From assembly GCA_902601455.1 (NCBI GenBank), contig CACKNC010000001.1, positions 32,240-96,239 on the forward strand: DNA of 64,000 bases, in the 5' to 3' direction. Each line of letters begins with the position of its first letter. The stretch's first letter is position 1. This document shows positions 25,859 through 34,422 of this stretch, in pieces. Below the pieces are notes generated by a model. It had not been told where the DNA came from, searched no databases, and saw only the letters and a program-made list of their open reading frames with translations. This DNA is from an uncultured Alphaproteobacteria bacterium. Its GTDB lineage: Bacteria; Pseudomonadota; Alphaproteobacteria; HIMB59; GCA-002718135. A program made the translations under genes and the position numbers.

Positions 25859-26407
25859 TTAATTAAATAAATTACTATTTAATATCCTCCAATATTGGTT
25901 AACTAAGGGTTGATAAAATTTATTTTTGTAAATTTCTAAATTATAAATGCCCCATATATTTTCTTTTAATATCCACCCATTAATTTTTTTATATCTTACT
26001 TTGCACCAAAACAAAACGCATCTTTTAAGATCTAAAATATTATTTTTTTTAATTTCTCCTATGACTTTTCCATTTGGTCTGTTGAAGAGTTTTATTACAT
26101 TGTCATTTTTATAACCTGTCAGAACATATCTATCTCCTTTAATCAAACTTTTGTGCAACCAACCTACAGTTCCCATATGATCCCTTGTTTTTCTCCATGT
26201 CTCAAACTCATCAATTATTTCTACAGGTAAATTTTGTGTAACATATCTAAGGTGAATAGGATAATTTGTGCTTGGTCCAACACGTAAGTTAACTTCATTT
26301 GATTTTAGTGAAACAAATCTGGGTATTTCTAATCCGGTGACAGATCCAGATTTTGCATATAAATTATAACTAATTAAAAAAAACAAAATTAAAGAGATTA
26401 TTTTCAT
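25859..26407 (-). CDS. Secreted bacterial SH3-domain protein (DUF1058-type)
   Basis: True start at MKIISLILFFLISYNLYA (signal peptide). IPRFVSLKSNEVNLRVGPSTNYPI...PVEI..E...WRK.RD..G..GWLHKSL matches the alphaproteobacterial SH3/DUF1058 pattern. The track ORF extension to 26629 runs antisense through tRNA-Arg. Confidence 0.65.
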   Translation of the reverse strand: MKIISLILFFLISYNLYAKSGSVTGLEIPRFVSLKSNEVNLRVGPSTNYPIHLRYVTQNLPVEIIDEFETWRKTRDHMGTVGWLHKSLIKGDRYVLTGYKNDNVIKLFNRPNGKVIGEIKKNNILDLKRCVLFWCKVRYKKINGWILKENIWGIYNLEIYKNKFYQPLVNQYWRILNSNLFN

Positions 26408-26475
26408 TCTTAAATTTATCTTATAACATTTTAACCATTTGATGTTATTACTTATTGTATATATTAAAAAAATAT

Positions 26476-26552
26476 GCGCCCGTAGCTCAATTGGATAGAG
26501 CGCCAGACTACGGATCTGGAGGTTAGGAGTTCGACTCTTCTCGGGCGCGCCA
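26476..26552 (+). tRNA. tRNA-Arg (anticodon ACG), CCA encoded
   Basis: Acceptor stem GCGCCCG/CGGGCGC, D-arm GCTCAATTGGATAGAGC, anticodon stem CCAGA/TCTGG with loop CTACGGA, T-arm AGGAGTTCGACTCTTCT, then G-CCA. Confidence 0.9.
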
Positions 26553-26681
26553 GCAAACGTGCGGAATTTATCTACTGTTCCGTTTTGAAAATTCCTATTC
26601 GGAACACTTCTGGAACACTTCGCATTCAAAAATTACCTTTTAAGTCTCAACTTTTATTGTAGTTAGTGGTAAGATATTTTG

Positions 26682-27209
26682 ATGAAAAAAATACTTTTAC
26701 TAGTTCTTTTTGTTTTTTTCGTTGCTCCTTTAGCAATTTCTAAAGAGACTGTTAGTCCATTTGGTATCGAACTTGGAAAAGAATTAGATAAAAAATACAT
26801 AGATGAAAGCAAAGAAGTTTTTGGGTGGGGAGTTTGTTATGATAACATAAGTCCTCCCATTAAGAATAGCAATTTTAATAATTATATGATTTGCACCACC
26901 CCTATATCAAAAACAGTAACTGCAATATTAGCAAAAAATAAAACAATTAATGATTGTTATGGATTGTATGCTGACCTAGTTAGAATTATAAGTAAAAAAT
27001 ATAATTTAGAATATGAAGAACCTTCACATAATAATCCTGTACAAATTTTAGATAATGAATTTATCAACATTTTGGTTTCATGCTATAAAGAAGAAGTTTT
27101 AGAAGTTAGATACGAACTTAGGACTGAAGAACTTAAAAAACTTATACAAGATGAAGGGCTTGAGTTTGAAGAAAATAGATTATCTAAAATTGATCAAGAA
27201 GGTCTATAA
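26682..27209 (+). CDS. Hypothetical secreted protein (cargo of cassette 1)
   Basis: Signal peptide MKKILLLVLFVFFVAPLAISKE. I recognise no family motif. The ATG at 26682 is preferred to the TTG at 26679. Confidence 0.5.
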   Translation: MKKILLLVLFVFFVAPLAISKETVSPFGIELGKELDKKYIDESKEVFGWGVCYDNISPPIKNSNFNNYMICTTPISKTVTAILAKNKTINDCYGLYADLVRIISKKYNLEYEEPSHNNPVQILDNEFINILVSCYKEEVLEVRYELRTEELKKLIQDEGLEFEENRLSKIDQEGL

Positions 27210-27248
27210 GTAGAGTTTAATTTTTTGTGGACCACTTATGGAACACTA

Positions 27249-27282
27249 AAGAATCATTTTTTTAACTTAACGAATGATTTTT
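27249..27282 (+). terminator. Weak AT-rich hairpin after the cassette-1 gene
   Basis: AAGAATCATT / AATGATTTTT pair (one G-T wobble) around a 14-nt loop and run into a T tract. This is low-stability, so only a tentative terminator. Confidence 0.25.
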
Positions 27283-27326
27283 CCCGTAATTCCGTATATG
27301 TGTTACAATCTAGTGCACGGGTAACG

Positions 27327-27373
27327 GACTACGGATCTGGAGGTTAGGAGTTCGACTCTTCTCGGGCGCGCCA
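27327..27373 (+). repeat. Exact direct repeat of the last 47 nt of tRNA-Arg (att-like fragment 1)
   Basis: GACTACGGATCTGGAGGTTAGGAGTTCGACTCTTCTCGGGCGCGCCA is identical to 26506..26552. No matching 5' half lies upstream. Confidence 0.9.
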
Positions 27374-27487
27374 AGTATCAAGCCAAAAAGTTAATTTCAA
27401 AAAAATCATAAAGTAAAAAAAGTTGGCCGTTTGTTGACTTTCATATTCAGAAATACCGATTTGCATTCAACATTCCTCTTAGAAAAA

Positions 27488-28234
27488 TTATTTTATTTTT
27501 TTATTAAAAACCACAGGCATTTTGCCTTTCCACTGAATCCAAAGATTAGGTTGTTCAATGCACTCACACATAAAATGAGCGACGTTTGCTCGCGTAGTAG
27601 TATGTCCATTAAAAATAGTTTGAGGAGGTGTCGCTACTACTTCATAGTTCGAAATTTCAGCATTAATGAGTCCGTCTGGTCGGACCACTACCCATTCAAT
27701 AAATTCATTTTCTGAACCAATGTTATCTCTCAAAAAAGCAGCGGAGGCTTCATTATCATAATGTGGTGGTATGAGGTTGCGTAACAGAGATAAAATAATT
27801 TTTTCGCTTGTGGTTACTCTCTCACCAGGATTGCGATTACCTACGGTGTTCATTAATAAAAATTTTGTTTTATCTAGAGAATGAGTAGCCTTAATAGCTA
27901 CACATAGACGTTTGACTGCTTCCAGAACAAGCGTTCTGGGTTTGCCAAATATTCCTTTGAAACTCATTGTGTGACCTAAGCAGGAAGCCACAGCAGCACA
28001 ACCTTTTACGGCTTCCAACATTTGTTCGTCACTCAGATCAAGCAAACTTGCTTTTATGATTTTGAGCTTTGGATTTTCAAGAAGTTCTTGTGGAAATTTA
28101 TTGAGTGACCGAACAATAATTCGAAGGTTATAGCCGCGGGCAAGAAGCTGTTTTACAAGAGGGAAACCAGTATTTCCTGTGGCTCCAACCACTAAAACTG
28201 TTTTAGAATTTGAATTGGTTTTTTCGGTTGTCAT
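27488..28234 (-). CDS. NAD(P)-binding atypical SDR / NmrA-like protein (cargo of cassette 2)
   Basis: N-terminus VLVVGATGNTGFPLVKQLLARGY (GxxGxxG Rossmann). 248 aa. Visibly more G+C-rich than its surroundings. Confidence 0.7.
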   Translation of the reverse strand: MTTEKTNSNSKTVLVVGATGNTGFPLVKQLLARGYNLRIIVRSLNKFPQELLENPKLKIIKASLLDLSDEQMLEAVKGCAAVASCLGHTMSFKGIFGKPRTLVLEAVKRLCVAIKATHSLDKTKFLLMNTVGNRNPGERVTTSEKIILSLLRNLIPPHYDNEASAAFLRDNIGSENEFIEWVVVRPDGLINAEISNYEVVATPPQTIFNGHTTTRANVAHFMCECIEQPNLWIQWKGKMPVVFNKKIK

Positions 28235-28323
28235 TTACCGGGCATATAGACTAACTTAATTTTCACTTCAACCAATTACCACTAAATTTGTTTCAAAGTT
28301 AAAGGTAAAATAAAGTGTGCCGT

Positions 28324-28353
28324 TTGATTCCTTTCACATTCAAAAACTACAAT
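28324..28353 (+). promoter_or_regulatory. Sigma70-like promoter candidate reading through att fragment 2 into the GT61 gene
   Basis: TTGATT (28324..28329), an 18-nt spacer, then TACAAT (28348..28353). It lies inside the conserved junction block. Confidence 0.25.
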
Positions 28354-28406
28354 TTTTCATTTTAAATTTCTTGCAATTCCTCAGTTTTATTTCTACAAGT
28401 GATCTT

Positions 28407-28459
28407 GCGCCGCTCTACGGATCTGGAGGTTAGGAGATCGACTCTTCTCGGGCGCGCCA
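28407..28459 (+). repeat. Degenerate direct repeat of the tRNA-Arg 3' half (att-like fragment 2)
   Basis: 28415..28459 matches the tRNA 3' end with one substitution (T to A at 28437). GCGCC at 28407..28411 also matches tRNA positions upstream of three mismatches. Confidence 0.85.
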
Positions 28460-28473
28460 AAAGAGAGGTTGTA

Positions 28474-29523
28474 ATGATCGTAGATTTTGATGAGAGTGAA
28501 ATTTTAAAAGAAAAAGCTCTAAATGAGAAGTTCAAATCAGCTGTATTAAAAGATATCAGTGAAAATTGCAAAATCTTAAATACTGATTTTTATTTGGACT
28601 CTTTTAATTATTTTCCAATAACTATGGAAGACCAAACTTTTAGTAGATTATTTAAACGACAAGATGATAATTCTATAGATCATATATATTCTGAATATTT
28701 TTATAAAAATTTTCTAGATAACAAAAATAGATTTAAATTGATCAAAGATTCTTTTGTATTAGGCAGTAGCCCTTCTGATAATTATTTTTCTAACCTTATT
28801 CATTTTTTCCCACGTATTTTTTTTATTAATGAAAATAAAATTAACCTGTCAATTGAAAGAAATCTCTCAAATAAATTTAGAACATTTATTGAAAACATAT
28901 GTAAGATAAGGAACATTGAAGTATCATTTAACTTTATTGATGATGGTTTTTATAATTTTCAAAATTCTTCGATACCTCAGTTTTTTAACATTAATAAATC
29001 TATTAAAATTTTAAAGTTTTTTCTTGAAAAGATATTAATAAATATAAAAGTACCTCACTTTAAATCTAAAATTTATATTAGAAGAGAAGATGCTAATTAT
29101 AGAAAAATTTTAAACGAAGCTGATTTGATCAATAAATTGAGAAAACATAATTTTGAAATAATTAATCCTCAGCATTTTGAGATACTCGAACAAATGAAAA
29201 TTTTTTCCAATGCAGAAATAATTATTACTCCTCATGGATCAAATATGACTAACATAATATTTTGTAAAAAAGGAGCAAAAATTATTGAAATAAGTCCAAA
29301 TTTAAATGATGCTTATGAGCAAAATATTTCTACAAGGTACAGAAATATTGCATCATTTTTAGAATTAGATTTTAATACAATCAAAGCTGACAGTGTTGAT
29401 GTTAAAGAGCATTCAAAAGTCGCAAAAAAGTTCATTCATAAAAAAATTTTAGAGAATAGTAATTATTATAAAAACATGATTATAAAAATAGGTGAAATTG
29501 AAAAAAATATTAACAGCCTATAG
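28474..29523 (+). CDS. Glycosyltransferase family 61 / DUF563-like protein
   Basis: The C-terminal third has IITPHGSNMTNIIFCKKGAKIIEI (the GT61 HG(A/S)xxTN motif). The start at the MIVDFDE ATG (28474) is preceded by GAGAGG. The track ORF start at 28399 lies inside the tRNA fragment. Confidence 0.6.
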   Translation: MIVDFDESEILKEKALNEKFKSAVLKDISENCKILNTDFYLDSFNYFPITMEDQTFSRLFKRQDDNSIDHIYSEYFYKNFLDNKNRFKLIKDSFVLGSSPSDNYFSNLIHFFPRIFFINENKINLSIERNLSNKFRTFIENICKIRNIEVSFNFIDDGFYNFQNSSIPQFFNINKSIKILKFFLEKILINIKVPHFKSKIYIRREDANYRKILNEADLINKLRKHNFEIINPQHFEILEQMKIFSNAEIIITPHGSNMTNIIFCKKGAKIIEISPNLNDAYEQNISTRYRNIASFLELDFNTIKADSVDVKEHSKVAKKFIHKKILENSNYYKNMIIKIGEIEKNINSL

Positions 29524-30529
29524 TTTCATAACTAAGTATGGCTGCCATACTTGATCTTAGATTTAGGCACTTATTATTAGTATATATATTATTATTGTAT
29601 AAATTATTTATTAAAAATTCTTTTATTAATGAATTTTTAGAGGTTTGTAATTTTATAACTTTATAATTTTTTAAATCAGACTCATTAATTGTTTTTTTGA
29701 TTAAATTATCTAAATTTAATTGACCATCAATAAGATGAAAATTATCAGCGCTATTAGTTGTATAAATTAAAGCACCAATATCATTTACTATTGTTTCTAT
29801 CTCAATTTTTCTTTCTTTTGAAACTGTACTTACAAAATCGTTATAAATTTCATCAACCATACCTTGAAGATGATCTAATTCACTTTTTGATGGTTTTCTA
29901 AATGGATTAAATATATCCTTTGATTTTCCAGCTGAATTTGAAAATATTTTTATACCATTTTTTGTCTCAACTATATTTCCAAATATACCTGTTGAAATTG
30001 TTTTAGGCTCATCATAGAAAAACCAATCTGGTCCTTTTACTCCAATGCTACCAATAATAGATCCATAACTGGCATAAATTTCATCAGCAGCAGTTGCAAC
30101 CCAGTACCCTCCTGATGCCAAAAGCTGATTAGTATGAAATAATATTTTTGTATCATTATTATTTTTTTTATAATTTTTTATTATTTCATATATTTTTTTT
30201 GAAGCACCAACTGTTCCACCAGGGGAATTAATTGAAAAAATTATTGTTTTAGGTGAAATTTCCTCAAGAAATTCTAATTTTTTTTTTGTTTCTACTGGCG
30301 AGATAGAAAATATATTTGATAAATTAGCAAAATCAGTATTAGTATCAATAATAAGGCCATTTAATTCCAAAATAGCAATCACGTTGGAAGATTTTTCATC
30401 ACCAGACAGAAATGTAAATCTATCATTTTTTTCAAAAAAACTAGTAAAGATAATTGCTATTAAGATTATGGTAATAATTGAGATAAAAATGGCCGTTATC
30501 TTTAAAAAAGTATTCCAAAAAATTAACAT
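29510..30529 (-). CDS. sppA: Signal peptide peptidase SppA (S49 family, 36K type)
   Basis: N-terminal TM segment, INSPGGTV, ASGGYWVA and SIGV. 339 aa. Confidence 0.8.
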   Translation of the reverse strand: MLIFWNTFLKITAIFISIITIILIAIIFTSFFEKNDRFTFLSGDEKSSNVIAILELNGLIIDTNTDFANLSNIFSISPVETKKKLEFLEEISPKTIIFSINSPGGTVGASKKIYEIIKNYKKNNNDTKILFHTNQLLASGGYWVATAADEIYASYGSIIGSIGVKGPDWFFYDEPKTISTGIFGNIVETKNGIKIFSNSAGKSKDIFNPFRKPSKSELDHLQGMVDEIYNDFVSTVSKERKIEIETIVNDIGALIYTTNSADNFHLIDGQLNLDNLIKKTINESDLKNYKVIKLQTSKNSLIKEFLINNLYNNNIYTNNKCLNLRSSMAAILSYETIGC

Positions 30530-30571
30530 TTTTATGATTTATAGAAAAAATTAAAAAAATTAAAGCAAACT

Positions 30572-30599
30572 CTTGATTACGGTTAAATAATGCTTAAAT
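30572..30599 (+). promoter_or_regulatory. RpoH (sigma32)-type heat-shock promoter candidate for groESL
   Basis: CTTG-N17-CTTAAAT versus the alphaproteobacterial consensus CTTG-N17-CYTATNT (6 of 7 in the -10 element). It lies immediately upstream of CIRCE. Confidence 0.4.
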
Positions 30600-30601
30600 G
30601 A

Positions 30602-30628
30602 TTAGCACTCTATTAGCAAGAGTGCTAA
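30602..30628. promoter_or_regulatory. CIRCE operator (HrcA binding site)
   Basis: TTAGCACTC-TATTAGCAA-GAGTGCTAA is a perfect match to the CIRCE consensus TTAGCACTC-N9-GAGTGCTAA, 42 nt upstream of groES. Confidence 0.9.
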
Positions 30629-30669
30629 TAAAAAAATGTTAATTTTCAATAATTTAAATTGAGGAAAAT

Positions 30670-30978
30670 ATGAACTTTAAACCATTACATGACAGAGTGC
30701 TCGTATCAAGAGTAGAATCTGATCAAAAAACTGCAGGAGGAATTATCATTCCTGATACTGCTCAAGAAAAGCCTATGGAGGGCGAAGTCCTAGAAGTGGG
30801 TTCTGGAGCAAGAGATGAACTTGGTAAACTAGTTCCATTAGACGTGAAAAAAGGAGATAAAATTCTTTTTGGCAAATGGTCTGGAACAGAGGTAAAAATG
30901 AACGGTGCAGATTACCTGATAATGAAAGAGTCTGACATCATGGGAATAATTACTTCAAGTAAGAAAAAGAAAAAATAA
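30670..30978 (+). CDS. groES: Co-chaperonin GroES
   Basis: [11 protein letters not shown]...[23 protein letters not shown]; it sits upstream of groEL. Confidence 0.97.
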   Translation: MNFKPLHDRVLVSRVESDQKTAGGIIIPDTAQEKPMEGEVLEVGSGARDELGKLVPLDVKKGDKILFGKWSGTEVKMNGADYLIMKESDIMGIITSSKKKKK

Positions 30979-30982
30979 CTAA

Positions 30983-32665
<1,683 letters not shown>

Positions 32666-32687
32666 TTTTTTGTAAAAAAATAATTTT

Positions 32688-32721
32688 AAAGCCCCCAAAT
32701 TGAAATGGGGGCTTTTTTTTT
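32688..32721. terminator. Rho-independent terminator after groEL (bidirectional with the convergent gpx)
   Basis: Stem AAAGCCCCC / GGGGGCTTT with a 10-nt loop, followed by a T-run. An A-run on the other side serves the minus-strand gene. Confidence 0.7.
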
Positions 32722-33268
32722 ATAAAATTTTATTTATTTCTCTTAAAATTTTTGAATGATCTGGTTTTGTCATAGATGACCATGAAGAAGTTAATTTACC
32801 CGATCTATCAAACAAATATTTGTAAAAATTCCATTTAGGAGTTTTTCCGTAATCTTTTTTTAACCAACTAAAAATTTCGTGGGAGTTAGCTCCTCTAACA
32901 TTTAATGGTGAAGAAGTAACAAATCCAACGTCATAATTAACTAAACAAATTTTTTTAATATCTTCATTTGATGAATATTCTTGATTAAATGAATTACTTG
33001 TTAATGCCAATATTGTTAAATCAGTGTCTTTAAAGTTTACAAAAAGATTTTGAAGATTTGCATATTGAGGTGTATAACCACATCTTGAAGCAGTATTTAC
33101 CATAAGTATTGGCTTGCCTCTAAATTTCTCAAGGTTTACTTCGTTACCGTCAATATCTTCGAAAGAGAAATCATAAATTGTCATATTTTTTGTATTTCCT
33201 ATGCTAGCGTAAAAAAACATTAGTAAAAAAGTAATTATTCTAATGATTTTCATGGTAATAATATTCAT
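32720..33268 (-). CDS. gpx: Glutathione peroxidase (Cys type), with N-terminal signal/anchor
   Basis: LMVNTASRCGYTPQY, LAL(T)SNSFNQE and WNFYKYLFDR are the three GPx signature blocks. Confidence 0.85.
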   Translation of the reverse strand: MNIITMKIIRIITFLLMFFYASIGNTKNMTIYDFSFEDIDGNEVNLEKFRGKPILMVNTASRCGYTPQYANLQNLFVNFKDTDLTILALTSNSFNQEYSSNEDIKKICLVNYDVGFVTSSPLNVRGANSHEIFSWLKKDYGKTPKWNFYKYLFDRSGKLTSSWSSMTKPDHSKILREINKIL

Positions 33269-33288
33269 ATCTATTAAATAAATATAAA

Positions 33289-34422
33289 ATGGAAGCTATC
33301 AATAGGTTTAAAGAACTTTTTTTAGAAGTTTGGAAAGAGGGTGTTTTTGGCTTAAATGCCTCAGAAATTATTATTGGTGTAGTTATTTTCTTATTTTTCT
33401 ATGTATTAAGAAGACTGTTTGCAAAATTTATAATAAATAAATTAAATAAACTTGTTAGCAGAACTAAAACAAAAATAGATAATACTGTTGTTGATGTAAT
33501 CGAGGGACCATTAAAGTTTTTACCAATTGTTCTTGGTTTTTTTATATCAACATCTTACATTAAATTATCACCAGAGATTCAGGATTTTATTGATTTATTT
33601 AACAGAACCTTAATTACTATTTTTATATTTTGGTTATTACACCAATTAGTTATACCTTTTTCATTCATAATAAAAAATTTTGAAGATAAGATTTCTAAAC
33701 CTCTAGTTAATTGGACACTTAAAGGATTAGAGATAATTATTATTGTTCTTGGTGTTGTGGCTGTATTAGAGCTATGGGGTATAAAAGTAGGCCCTGTTAT
33801 TGCGGGTTTAGGATTATTTGGTGTCGCTGTGGCATTAGGAGCTCAAGATTTATTTAAAAATCTTATTAGTGGCATAATGATATTAATGGAAAAAAGATTT
33901 ACTATTGGAGATGTAATCTTGGTATCAAATGAAGTAGAGGGGGTAGTTGAACAAATTGGCTTTCGCTCAACATTAGTTAGGAGGTTTGATTCAACTCCTG
34001 TAATGATACCAAATTATAAATTTGCAGAGCAGTCGGTGACTAATTATTCTAGACGCCACCATCGCAGAATACGCTGGCTGATTGGCCTTGAATACAAAAC
34101 AAATATTGAGCAATTAAAATTAATTAGAAATTCAATTACAAAGTTGATAAACGATAACCAAGATTTTGCAAAAAATGATAAGAGTGGTTTTTTTGTTAGA
34201 ATTGACAGCTTTTCTGATAGCTCAATTGACATGTTAGTTCAGGCATTTACAGTTACTAATGATTGGTCAGAATTTCTTAGGGTTAAAGAAGATTTGGCTG
34301 TATCAATTATTGAAATTGTTGAGGCAAACAATGCTGCATTTGCTTTTCCAAGCCAGTCGCTTTATGTTGAATCTTATCCTAACGAAAAATCAGAAATTTT
34401 TAATCCTAAGGTGTCAAAGTGA
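33289..34422 (+). CDS. Small-conductance mechanosensitive channel (MscS family)
   Basis: TM segments followed by GAQDLFKNLISGIMILMEKRFTIGDVI...EGVVEQIGFRSTLVRRFD...MIPN. Confidence 0.8.
   Translation: MEAINRFKELFLEVWKEGVFGLNASEIIIGVVIFLFFYVLRRLFAKFIINKLNKLVSRTKTKIDNTVVDVIEGPLKFLPIVLGFFISTSYIKLSPEIQDFIDLFNRTLITIFIFWLLHQLVIPFSFIIKNFEDKISKPLVNWTLKGLEIIIIVLGVVAVLELWGIKVGPVIAGLGLFGVAVALGAQDLFKNLISGIMILMEKRFTIGDVILVSNEVEGVVEQIGFRSTLVRRFDSTPVMIPNYKFAEQSVTNYSRRHHRRIRWLIGLEYKTNIEQLKLIRNSITKLINDNQDFAKNDKSGFFVRIDSFSDSSIDMLVQAFTVTNDWSEFLRVKEDLAVSIIEIVEANNAAFAFPSQSLYVESYPNEKSEIFNPKVSK

Larger units (their letters stand above)
26553..28459 (+). mobile_element. Two tandem tRNA-Arg-associated integrated cassettes (821 bp and 1086 bp), each ending in a direct copy of the tRNA 3' half; no recombinase gene
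   Basis: Layout is intact tRNA, cassette 1, 47-nt exact tRNA 3' copy, cassette 2, degenerate tRNA 3' copy, all in the same orientation, with one ORF per cassette. This matches the architecture left by serial site-specific integration into a tRNA 3' end. Confidence 0.5.

Noticed and set aside
26408-26629. N-terminal 74 codons of track ORF 25859..26629 (minus strand)
   Set aside because: This part runs antisense straight through tRNA-Arg (26476..26552) and has no protein-like features. The SH3-type protein starts with a clear signal peptide at the ATG at 26407.
28399-28473. N-terminal extension of the GT61 ORF (MILRRSTDLEVRRSTLLGRAKREVV)
   Set aside because: It is simply the translation of the tRNA-Arg 3' fragment. 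The ATG at 28474 has a GAGAGG ribosome-binding site directly upstream.
27431-28571. Small ORFs 27431..27715 (+) and 28362..28571 (-)
   Set aside because: The first is antisense to the well-supported NmrA-like gene. The second spans the tRNA fragment and junction block. Both have low-complexity sequence and no start context.
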